Positions 26,501-38,500 of a stretch of 64,000 nt of DNA are shown piece by piece. Origin of the DNA: Schmidtea nova. Its lineage: Eukaryota. The stretch is taken from assembly GCA_044892505.1 (NCBI GenBank), contig CM097882.1, positions 120,590,001 to 120,654,000 of the forward strand. The letters are read 5' to 3'. Numbering within the stretch: position 1 is the stretch's first letter; the number at the start of each line of letters is the position of its first letter. Position numbers and translations under genes: made by a program. The notes below the pieces were generated by a model. That model saw only the letters and a program-made list of their open reading frames with translations. It made no database searches and was not told where the DNA came from.

Positions 26501-29500
26501 CAGCTGAAATTATTTTTGGAAGAAAGATTAATAGATTGCAATGGCATGTTAATAATAAAATTAATAGAGAAGACATTACGCAGAGATTAGAAGACAAAAG
26601 ACAGGAAAAGGAAGTCAAAACAAAAAGAGAATTAGAAATTGGAGAAAGAGTGTTAGTAAAAAACGAAATTCGAAATAAAGACCACGAGAGGTATGAAGGT
26701 CCATATACAGTAAAAAAACAAATTCATGAAAGAAGTTACTTATTAGAAGACAAGAATGGGAAGACTATAGTCAGAAATATTGAAAGGATTAAACATTTTA
26801 AAGAAGAGGGATGTAAGGAGTTCCAAAACTCCTTTTAAATTAAAAATAATTTAATTAATTAATTTAACGAGTAATATTTTAGATATTTTAGATTAATATA
26901 ATTTTATATATATATGACCAATATCCTCATTAGTATTAGAATTATAAATGTCTCAGTGTTTTAATATTCAGAATTAAACGAAGACATTTTGAAAGTGTGA
27001 TAAAAATTTAATAAATATTATGGAAGAAGAGTTGAATTTAATTGCTTCTAACAATCACTATTATAAATATTATTACTATTGGTCGCGCCCGCTTATTAAA
27101 ATATTTTTAAAATTAATTAAATAAAAATAAAATAGTAAAAGGCGGGCTTGATTGCTGTGAGAGATTTTGGAGCGAGCCTGGAAGCCGTTAGACGGTCTTA
27201 TCAATAACTCTATAATTAATTTGTTAAAATGTCATGTAAAGGAGAATCCATGCCTAGTATCAATGAATCAGACAATGAAGAAGAAGACAACTTATCTATC
27301 AGTGAGGAATTTTCCACTTCTGATTATTCTTCGTTAAATCGACTGAAAAATTCAACTCTCACTAAAACAGTCTGTGAGACGATGGAACATAAAGAGGAAA
27401 TCTTCAACAAAGCATCAACATTAAAATCTATACATTGTGTACAAAATGAAAATGATACCGACAATTCCAATGATAGCAATTCAAATAATAGCGGGCTTTC
27501 ACGAGAATCATTAGAAAGTGATAAAGAAGATTACACTAGTCACATTTGTTCTGATAATTTCCACTATCAATGCAACAGTAGTACTTTGGAAAATCAATCA
27601 ACAATAATTGAGACCGAACATTCAGTTATAAGCGACATAATTCTATTAAATGAATTACAGGAATTTTCTGATCAAATAAAAAAACTTTAATTAATGAATT
27701 TATTGAAGATTAATATCGGTTGATTTTTAAAAAAACTTTTCAGAATAATTGATTTGTTTGTCTGTGTCAGGGAATTTTTAAATTATTTGGGCGAACTTTG
27801 AAAATTTAATTATTTTGCTTAGTGTGGAATTTTGGATTTGTTTTACTGTATTAATTGTTTATTATTTAGTGGCAGATTTAACTTTTAATTTAAATAATTG
27901 CTGAGTGGGATTTCGATTTATAGAATTGTTTCGGTTTCGGTTCTTTTTGAATTGATGAAAAAATTATCGAGTTTTTGGAATTAATTGAATTATTTTGGGT
28001 ATGTTGATTTAAAAAAGGGAATTTGAGTTTCGAATTCGTTTAATGAATTTTTGGGAAGAATGGAATTTTGAATTTTGCTTTCGTTTCGTGTACATTTGGA
28101 AATAAACTTTGGAATTTGATTTATTGTAATTGGTGGATTTTGATTTAAATTAAATGGAATTTCAATTTTTCGACTGCATTTAAAACGATTGCGTTGGATG
28201 GATTACTTTCTGTTGGTGTTCGAGATAATGATTGTGGCGTAGTTGCTACACAAAGAAAAGTCCCAGATAAAATGAAGGAAAAGAGTTCAGCTACAAGATT
28301 ATTTACCATAACTGAAAGTACTGGTTGCGTTAGGACCGGAATGATTCATGATTGCGGATCGCAAGTATGCCGTGCACAAGTGGAAGCCACGATTTAAATG
28401 CGAAATGTCCTGTGACATGATTTGTCGATGTTCTGCCGAAATTAATCAATTGTACACTCAATCAGCTGCAATGATGCCATTAGGCTGTTCAATGATCGCA
28501 TTTTCTTGTGATAAGGAGATGGATAAGCCACTGTTATTCAAAACCGATCCCAGTGGATTTGTAGCTGGTCGTCGAGCTGTTGCGGTCGGTGGAAAACAGT
28601 TGGAAACTAAAAGCTATAAGGAAAAGAAGCTTCGTAAAAATAAAGAAATCAATCGGAGCTGGATGCGACGAACCAACTGTCTTTATTATTATTAATAGTG
28701 TTACTACTAATACTACATCATCATTATTATACTTATGTCATTGTTATTACTATCATTGTAGTTACTATTATTATTATCCTTATTATTACAATTATTGGTG
28801 ATATTATCATCACCATTATTATTATATGATCATTGTCAGGATTTATGATAGAATATATTTATATATGTAGATTCGAGGACGAATCTTAAAAAAAGAGGGG
28901 AGATATGTTGGGGTTGTTAAAATTTACAGAAAATAAATATTAAATAGCACAATTCAAAAAAAATACAAAAAATTGGAAAAATAATAATTAATGTGAAAAA
29001 ATTAATTAAAAATTAAAAAAAATCAAAATAAAGTTTGAGCGGGGGAAACTGGTATGGGAGGATGCCAAATGATGAGACGAATTTTAATATGGGTATATAA
29101 AAATAAAAAAAGGTCCCCAGAAAGAAATATTTAGGAAATACAAATTAATTAAAATAATTAATTACTCTATAGGAAACCCGAGCTACTTGGGAACCCGAGC
29201 TAATGGGAAACTCGAGCTAGTAGGAAACCCGAGCGATATGGGAAACCCGGGGCATCAGTAAATTGATTAATTGAAATTAATGGAAAAATTGAAGGGTGCC
29301 CCGGGGAAAGAAGCCGCAAACCCATTTAGCGGCAACTCCTAAATTAATTTTGTAATTGACAGATCCATTAAGGTGTGACAGGAACAATCAAAAAAAAACA
29401 CTATAAAAGGCAAGGCAAAATTTCAGTACTCGCCAGTTGGTCTAAGCCAGTTTGTCGAGGCCAGTTGGTCGAAGAAAAATCTAAAAGAGTTAAACGAGGA

Positions 29501-32500
29501 ATCTGCAATTGGAAAAGGAGGCTGAAACGTTAATAACTTTTAAAGTATTGATCGTTCAATTTCCTGCGTACCAGAGTGCAGATAGTATTGGAACTTTCTG
29601 TGGTATTGTTGAAAATAAAGTTTACTGTGTTGGGTCTAATTTGTTTTGTGAACGAAAGAACACCGGAGTCAGATTCCAACCAACTTCTNNNNNNNNNNNN
29701 NNNNNNNNNNNNNNNNNNNNNNNNNNNNNNNNNNNNNNNNNNNNNNNNNNNNNNNNNNNNNNNNNNNNNNNNNNNNNNNNNNNNNNNNNNNNNNNNNNNN
29801 NNNNNNNNNNNNNNNNNNNNNNNNNNNNNNNNNNNNNNNNNNNNNNNNNNNNNNNNNNNNNNNNNNNNNNNNNNNNNNNNNNNNNNNNNNNNNNNNNNNN
29901 NNNNNNNNNNNNNNNNNNNAAATCAGTAGACCGTGCCCATTGGGCGCAAAAATGGATATATACTTATTTATATATGTATATATAAAGATTCGAGGTCGAA
30001 TCTAAATTAAAGGGGAGAGGTATGTTGGGTTTTAGCAAAAATTAGTCAAATACAAAAGCAAAAACCATAAAAACTTAATAAAAATCGATAAAGTATAACA
30101 TTTTAAAAATTAATTAAAATTTATAAAAATTTGAAAACAGAGAATGAGCGGGAATTAAGAATTAATTGGCTAATGGGAAACCCGAGCTAATGGAGAACCT
30201 GAAACTATGGACAATCCGAATAGTGTAGGAAGCCCGGATGAGCAATATGACAGGTAATTATTCCAAAAAATTAACTTTTGAGGGTACCTGAAGAGCGTAC
30301 CGACAGATAGAAAATNNNNNNNNNNNNNNNNNNNNNNNNNNNNNNNNNNNNNNNNNNNNNNNNNNNNNNNNNNNNNNNNNNNNNNNNNNNNNNNNNNNNN
30401 NNNNNNNNNNNNNNNNNNNNNNNNNNNNNNNNNNNNNNNNNNNNNNNNNNNNNNNNNNNNNNNNNNNNNNNNNNNNNNNNNNNNNNNNNNNNNNNNNNNN
30501 NNNNNNNNNNNNNNNNNNNNNNNNNNTATTGTGGTGATTATTACGATAGTTACGAATTCGTTTCGATAAATGAAACAAACATTAACAAATGACACTATTT
30601 TTTTGTAATTTCATTTGTATAAATCATCATTATTATTATTATAATTATTGTTATGAATGGTAACCCCCCTTTTTTATTTTTGTTATTATTGTTATTATTA
30701 TTTTTGATTTTTAATTCGAATAAATACCAAATAAATTCCTATAGTAAACTAATTACTATAGGAATTTAAAAAAAAAAATAATCAATAACAAAATAGATAA
30801 ATTTATTAACAAATGATGGAAAAAATGAAAAGAAGATTCTAGAAGATCCTATATTTTAAAGATTCTAGTAAATAACAAATCAAGGAATTTCGAACTTAAA
30901 TTAAAAAAATAACTATAGAAAAGTTTGGAATAACTTACAGAAGAAACAATCTAAAACCATCTGAAATTAAAGAAGTAATAAAAAGTATTTTATGTATAAT
31001 CATAGTATACGTGAATAGAGGTTTATTTGTGATTTTTTTGCTGTTGGTTAGAATAAAAGTATTTGTACTAATTTTTCTATTTTTTATTTGTAAATATTAT
31101 AATTACACACACAAATAAAACATAACAAGCACCCCAGCTGTTACGATACACTTTTACTGGTGACTCGGCTGGGTTCAACAGACTTCCTGATAAACATAAT
31201 ACAATATAAAATTATAATTACTCATAACAATTGGGAATTTACCATAGCATACTTCTACATAAATATCCCGTCTATACCAGTATAAACAAAAATAACAACT
31301 GTTTATAATAACCTACAAAAAGCANNNNNNNNNNNNNNNNNNNNNNNNNNNNNNNNNNNNNNNNNNNNNNNNNNNNNNNNNNNNNNNNNNNNNNNNNNNN
31401 NNNNNNNNNNNNNNNNNNNNNNNNNNNNNNNNNNNNNNNNNNNNNNNNNNNNNNNNNNNNNNNNNNNNNNNNNNNNNNNNNNNNNNNNNNNNNNNNNNNN
31501 NNNNNNNNNNGACCCCCAGAAAGAAATAATAAAAAAATATAAATTAATTAAAATAATTAATTGCTAATAGGAAACCCGAGTGATGTGGGAAACCTGGGCA
31601 TCAACAAAATCATTTAATTATCCAAAAAAATTGGATGAGCAAAGGATGCCCGGGGAAAACCACAAACCCAGTTTCAGCAAAATTTAATTAGGCATCGGCA
31701 AAACCAATCTAATTATTTTATTTTGATAGATCCAATTAAGACGACAGGATGAAAAGAACAAGGCACAATATAAACTTAGAGTAAATGGCCGATATTGCCA
31801 GTTGGTCGAAGAAAAATCTAAAGAATTGAGTGCAGAAATTAAAGAAAAAAGGAAGCACAAACGGTAATTGAAAGTTATAGAGTATCGATTGATCAATTTT
31901 CTCTGCGTACCAGAAAGGTAGATCTCCCATTGGGTCTTCTACCTTAACATAAGAGTGCAGACGAATATTGTACCTTTCTGTGATTTAGATTGTTGTGATT
32001 GAATTGAAAAATAAAAATTATTGTGTTGGGTCTAATTTATTTTGTGAACGAAAGAACACATGAGTCAGATACCAACCGACTACTTATTAATAACCCAACA
32101 AACCTGTCTCGTGTTTTTGTACTACTATGTGTCTTTTTGAAACGTATCTACCTCGTACAAACAGGATTGGGTGTACTAAATAATTTCTGCAATTAAAAGG
32201 TAATGTAAATAATAATTTCAGATTTTGACAACTACTTCTGATACGAAAAAGGTAAAGAGGAATTATTTTATGTTTTAATGATGGTGACGGGAATTTTCTA
32301 TTATTATAAATATTAGCTGTGACACTTCTGCAGGTATAGCATTATTTTTGCTTGCCATATATTGCAATATGAATCTGATTATCAACCAAACTACTGAGTA
32401 ATATTGGCAATGGGCTTTCTTGAAAATTAACATGTATGATTTATGATTGTTTGCATAAGTTTAATTATTCTTTTTGTTCAATGACGGTCAATTCAATGGA

Positions 32501-35500
32501 AAATTGACCTATATATTGACCTATATATATATATATATATATATAATATGCCTGTGTGTGTTTAAAAAAATCTTATGTATATATTATATTAAAAAAGTAA
32601 AAGTATAAAAAATGTTTTTATAATTAAAAAATACAGTCAAACTCGCTTATAACAAACTGATAACAACTTTGATAGCGAACCTTTTTTAATTTAAGATTTT
32701 TAATTTGTTTAATTTTTAATTTTTATTATTAAATATTGATTAATTAATTGATTAATTCGCCATTTAAATCGTTTTTCGAATAATACATAATGATTTTACA
32801 TGAAGTAATGGATGGCTTGATCGATTTTAAAACAGAAACAATATTGTCTATGGTAAAATCAGCGGTGAAACTCTTTCGGCAAATACGTATATTGCAAGCA
32901 ATTGGGTCAAATAAATTTGGCCTAATCTAAAAAAAGATTTTAACTAGATTTTAACTACAATGCAGATGAAATTGTATTGCTTTAAAACTTAACACCCAAA
33001 ATGACCTTTAAAATCGCAAAACCCGCGATGTTTTAAAAAAATATAAAAAACTGTCTGTTGAGTATACGGCAAACAAAAATGCATGGATGACCTCCTTAAT
33101 TTTTGAAAATTACCTGAGAAGGTGGAACAGAGAGTTGCAAATAAAAAAAAATACTTTTAGTTGACAAATACCCTGCTCATCCAAAGATAACCAGTCTAAC
33201 CAATATCAAATTGGTTTTTCTTCCACCAAATGTAACTGTAATCTTGCAGTCAATGGATATGGGTGTAATCAAATTCTGAAAGATTTTTTCCGAAGAATTC
33301 TTGTTTTTCTATTGATTGAAAAAAGAGAGACAGGAAAAGATGATAAATCACTCTTTTGGATGCAATTCGCATGATAAAAGACGCTTGGGGCAGTGTCAAA
33401 ACTCTGACAATTTCAAACTGTTTCAAGAAATCAGGTTTAAATTTAGAGACAGTTTCAGAAATTTAAGGTTTTGACGAGGAAGATTTGGATGAAGAAGACT
33501 TTCCTTTGTCACTGTGGTTAAAAATGAAAGGAATTAATAATTTTTCTCATGTTAAAGACTTGGATGACTTTGTTCATGTTCATGATGATTTAGTAACATC
33601 TGTAATTCCATCAGAGGAAGATATCCTTCAATCAATTCTTCATAAAGAAGACAGTGAAGACGAAACTGACAGTGTTGAGGAAATAAAACCAGCTGTTTCG
33701 CTTTCACAGTTACAAGCAACTTTAGAAATCCTAACACAATTTTCAGAGTGCTACAACACACCCGAATCTGTTTTTATGGCAATCTCCGTCATCAGAAGAA
33801 ATATAAGAAACTTTAAGTTGAAGTCTATGATGCAAAAATCCATTTTAAGTTATTTAAATAAATGAATGATTAAAAATGCGTTGTATTTTTTATTTTTTAA
33901 ATTTAATTTTGAACTTAGTCTATTTCCCGGTTATAAAGAATCCCAGTTATAACGAACAAAATATATCGGTCCCATGCAGTTCGTTATAACCGAGTCTGAC
34001 TGTATATAAAATAAAAATAATAAATATGTCTAAACCCTTCCGGCAAAAATAATAAAGAAAAGTGTTGTTGCTTAACAACACTAAAGATAAAAACTAGATA
34101 AAGAAAAATTATGAAAAGATAAATAATGTTTATGATTAAAAATAAATCATTGAAAGAATTTCATTTAAGAATCATTATTTATACTCTTTATACTGGGGGT
34201 TATGTAAAAGATCAGTACACCCCCAAAAGGTAAAATGTATTAATTTAAAAATTTGAATTTACTGGTCATTTGGGAACGGTAAACCGCACCTTTTAAAAGG
34301 GCTCATATGCGGAATATGCAAGACAGAACTGAATGAAAACTCCTCTCTCCTTCCAAATGTTGCAACGCGTGTCAATCCGAATTGTTTTAGCTTCTTTATA
34401 TTTCGTGACATCTCATGTTTGAACAATATTTTGACATTCTGGTGGATTCTTTTCATATCATATTATTTATAGAATATTTTTTATTAAAAGAGTACACTAA
34501 AAATTCGTATCAAATGAATAAAAATGGACTGATCTGTGATACTCAACTTCCGAAATCATGACAAAAACGAAATATCAAAAAAAATGACGAAGTACTGTTT
34601 CTAACCAAAAATATAAGCAAAAATTAAAACCGTCATATATTAAAGAATTGTACAAAAAATTGGATTATTGAATAGTATTTTTTCCTGATTTCGTCGGGTA
34701 CTAATCGAACATGCCACGTATAGTTTGAAAAGAATTGAAATTAAAATAGATTATTAGTGAAAAGAATAACACTAGTTAATTAAAACAAAAATGTTTATAA
34801 TGATATAATTACTTGTTAATTGCTCAGTGATCATTATTAGCATATAATTAATTATATATTTCTTCATTTAGGTGGTACCAACGAAATTCCCCATGGTCAT
34901 TAAAATAGGAAATTGTCGAAATGGGAAAGGAAAAGTGAGCTATTTATGTTTAATTATAAACATTTAATTTGCTTCTCCGCTACTAATTAATCGAGAAAGC
35001 AACAATAAATCGCCAATTCTCCATCTGTATTGTTATATAAATATTTTTCCTTTAATTATCCGATATCTTATCAGATGAATTTAAGAAAAGTTGATATTCG
35101 ACAATTTCCAAAAACAAAACAAATTTAAACAAATTCTGAGTCTCTATATTGTATTAAAACCGAGAATGGTTTACAAGCTTACGGATGGTCATAAAGCAGT
35201 AGTGGAAGCATCACATTTATAAGGGTGCCGGATGTAGGACAGATGAGTTTAACTGTTTCGCGTACAGGAGTGACATTACCAGTTGGTAAACTGGAAAAAT
35301 GATTAAAGGTTATTGAGACTCGAATAAGTTTTTTATTTTTTATTTCTGTTTATATAGCATTTTTAAGGTTTATTTGTTTTTTATTCAGTTCAAATTCCCA
35401 TACCAAAAAATAAAGGGTCACCAAGAGGTCAAACAGAGATACATCATATCCGTAAACTGAAATATTATCATACATTAACTTAGAGAATATAATCAGTGGC

Positions 35501-38500
35501 GTACCTAGGGTAAATGGCGCCTATGGCAAACACCGATCTTGCACGCATCCCCGACAATAGGTTACATACTTTTATTTTTTTAAAAACTACTTTCGAATTG
35601 GGTAAAAAAACACACAAGTTAAATCTATTAACACTTGATTACAAATTTATCTTTCTTGCTTTAGCTGACGCAAATTGTTTAATTATATTATCAAAGTCAA
35701 TTTCTTCGGTCATTTCTCATTCTATTTTTCGCGCCCTCTTCAGTTGGAGCCCATGTCATGTGTCATGCCTGCCATACCCTAGTTACGCCTCTGAATTTAA
35801 GGCATGATCGCGTCAATTAGAGATCATTTATGTGGCTTTTTGAATGAGATGGGAGTTGAGCCTGTCTACTACATTATGATAGACCTTTAAAAAGGTTGGC
35901 ACTAGAAATAGTTTTTATCCCAATATTAATTTATAATAAAAAGTTGAATCTATTCATTAGCTACTAATAAAAATAATTTTATCAACTTCAGTAAGCAATT
36001 TTACGCCTGATAATTGTTGAGGCCAAAATTACAAAGATTTCAGTGGCTGCATGAAGGTGCACAGGACTAAATTACAGAAATATTTTCCCCAAAAATATTT
36101 ATATCTTGATAAATATTTACAAAATTTATCCTTGGTCCTGTTTAGATAAAAGTAGAAAACCATTTTGAGTTTCAAGATATTGCTAGTGTAGTCGCCGTTG
36201 CCAACACGTTCGCCACTAGTGAGCCTTTCATTGATGCCAAATGTGACGTCGTCATTCAGAAAATCGGGAACAATTTCAAAGCTTTCCTGTGCGTTGTAAA
36301 CATTTGTCTGAAACGTTTAATTGTTATTACAGACGGAAATCGTTATCAGGTTCATGGAAAACAAACACTGGATCAGCAATTCTGGAACAAGTTCCACTCA
36401 ATGACAAGTAAACTTCTAGGAGTCTCTCAAACTGATTACTCATATTTCCTAGATTTAAATTGTGGATCACCGAAGTGGCCAAATTGTTTGGAGGATTAGA
36501 TATGTGTGCCCTCAAAGCTGTTCAATCGAAAAATGATGAATTTCACATTTATGAGGTTAGTTGTTACCGAATTTAATACGATAAACACATTAATATCTCC
36601 AAGTGCGTCATAAACCAGGACAAAACTTCACAATAAAGGTCCAATTCCTTGCATTGAGATACACGGGGGTCCTTACCCAATCATGGTGATCTGGGTGGCT
36701 AAATTGTTTTGCTAAAACCCTTTATTGTGATACTTGCAAAATTTAGCAGTTTTTATCCTAGATTTCATTAGTCAACAGGAACGGGTTAAATAATATATTT
36801 GAAACATGATAAATAATCCTTGCAAGGAAACTAGAATGCAAAAGCAGTCAGAGAATCTGTTTTATTTTAACCTTGTATTTTCATGTAAATTCATGATCAC
36901 AAGTTGTGAGAGACAAGTAACCCCCAATAAATTCTTTTCTGTTCAGTATTTGGGTTAGATTTGCTGGGCGGACCAGCTCTCGCAATGATCTAGTGAGAAT
37001 TCAGTTAATGTCTGCATAATTAACGCCAAATGAAGCGCCAAAATAAATGCTCAGCGATTGGACAGCATTCAATTACGAATTATTCACATTGTTTATTAAA
37101 AGAATTTTCCATGCTTCAATATTTGGTAAAATCTATAAAATTTCCTTCCTTAGAGCGATAATGAGGCGAGACCGGTTCTAGCAAGATGAATGCCAACACG
37201 GTATTTACCAGGCAAGGCAATATTCTGAGAAGAAAATTTCTGCTCGTCAGAAATATCTCTCTGTTTGGCCTTAATTGATATTTCTGTGGATTCGGTTCCT
37301 TGAATATCGAATATATTAATATTTAGAATGATTTCAAGCAACTTAGCATTATATTTGATTGGAAGGAAAGTTCTGTCGTATTTTCAATAAAACATTTGAA
37401 TCAATTTAAACAAATAAATATTTAATTTTTTTTCAATATAATTTCCATTATTTTTAATCACTTGTTGCCATCTTTCAAGTAGCCGGTCGATCCCGCTTCT
37501 ATAAAAATTCTTGTTCTTGGACTGAAAATACTCAGCCATTGCCTTAGAAACACCTTTGAAAGAATTAAACTTTTTCCTATTAGATAATTTTGCAGGGACC
37601 TGAACAGGTAATAGTCAGATCGGGCAATGCCAGGTGTATATGGTGGATGACTAAGTATTTTTTTGTTGTGTCACCCTTACAGTATGTGGTCTAGCATTAT
37701 CATGGTGAAACAAGATTCATTTTCTGGATGCCGATGCAGGCTTTTTTTCCTTGATAGCTGCATTTAATTTATCGAGCTGGTTGCAGTACACATTCGCATT
37801 GATAGTTTGTTCTTGTTTCAGCAAATCGTAATACGCTGGTCTTTTTCTATCCCACCACAAACAAAGTAGAACTTTCATTTGATGAATATCTGGTTTTGCA
37901 AGAGTTTCTGGTGATGTTCCAGGTTTGCAATAAACTTTTATCTTCTTGATATTCTCGTAAAAAATCCACTTTTAATCTTCAATAATCAGCTTATACAGAA
38001 ACGACACCAAATTTTTTCTAATGAGATGTAATGAACATATTCTTATTCGGTCAGACAAGTTTTTTTCAGTCAAATCATCTGGGATCTAAATGGCTTGCTT
38101 CAAGACAAACTCAAGTGCTTTAATGTGATATCCAGCAATTGTATGAGAAATTCTGAGTTTTTCGCTATCTTTTCTTGATGTTAGATGTGGATTATACTCC
38201 AAAATAGACGGCAAAACTTCATTATCGATCTTGGATGGTCGTCCAGATCGAGTATCTTCTTCTAGGCTCAGATCTCCAGAGCGAAATTTTCTAAACCATC
38301 TTTGACAAGTAGGAACAATTACAACATCTCGTCCAAATACTTCACAAATGTTTTCACTTGCAATCGACGCTTTGTTTTTTTTTCTCGAACTCATACAAAA
38401 TAAAAATGTCGTAAATACACTTTATCCACTCACATCATTTTCATTTTAAATATCACAAGTAACTAACGAACGCTATTAATGTAAGAAAACAAATAATAAA

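Larger units (their letters stand above)
22063..27053 (+). mobile_element. Gypsy/Ty3 LTR retrotransposon B, full length, decayed
   Basis: LTRs 22063-22364 and 26812-27053 (TGTAAGG...CTAACA); TSD ATCAC at 22058-22062 and 27054-27058. PBS TGGCGACCACG at 22365; PPT AAAGAAGAGGGA. gag with CCHC knuckle (CWTCNKTGH), then protease LLDTGA, RT YLDD, RNase H and integrase. Confidence 0.97.
27080..28675 (+). mobile_element. unclassified gene-capturing element with SL head, copy 1
   Basis: 5' arm TGGTCGCGCCCGC...GGAGCGAGCCTGGAA plus SL, and 3' arm AATAAAGAAATCAATCGGAGCTGGATGCGACGAACCA, are shared with 50901-52896; the interior is unrelated. Flanked by (ATT)n. Confidence 0.8.

Noticed and set aside
27184-27223. 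SL RNA gene
   Set aside because: There is no GT donor or SL intron after the leader; it is joined directly to coding cargo.
28639-28695. Shared C-terminal peptide NRSWMRR on two ORFs as a conserved protein tag
   Set aside because: It is the nucleotide 3' arm of the element. A second frame is also open there, so in-frame fusion twice is unremarkable.
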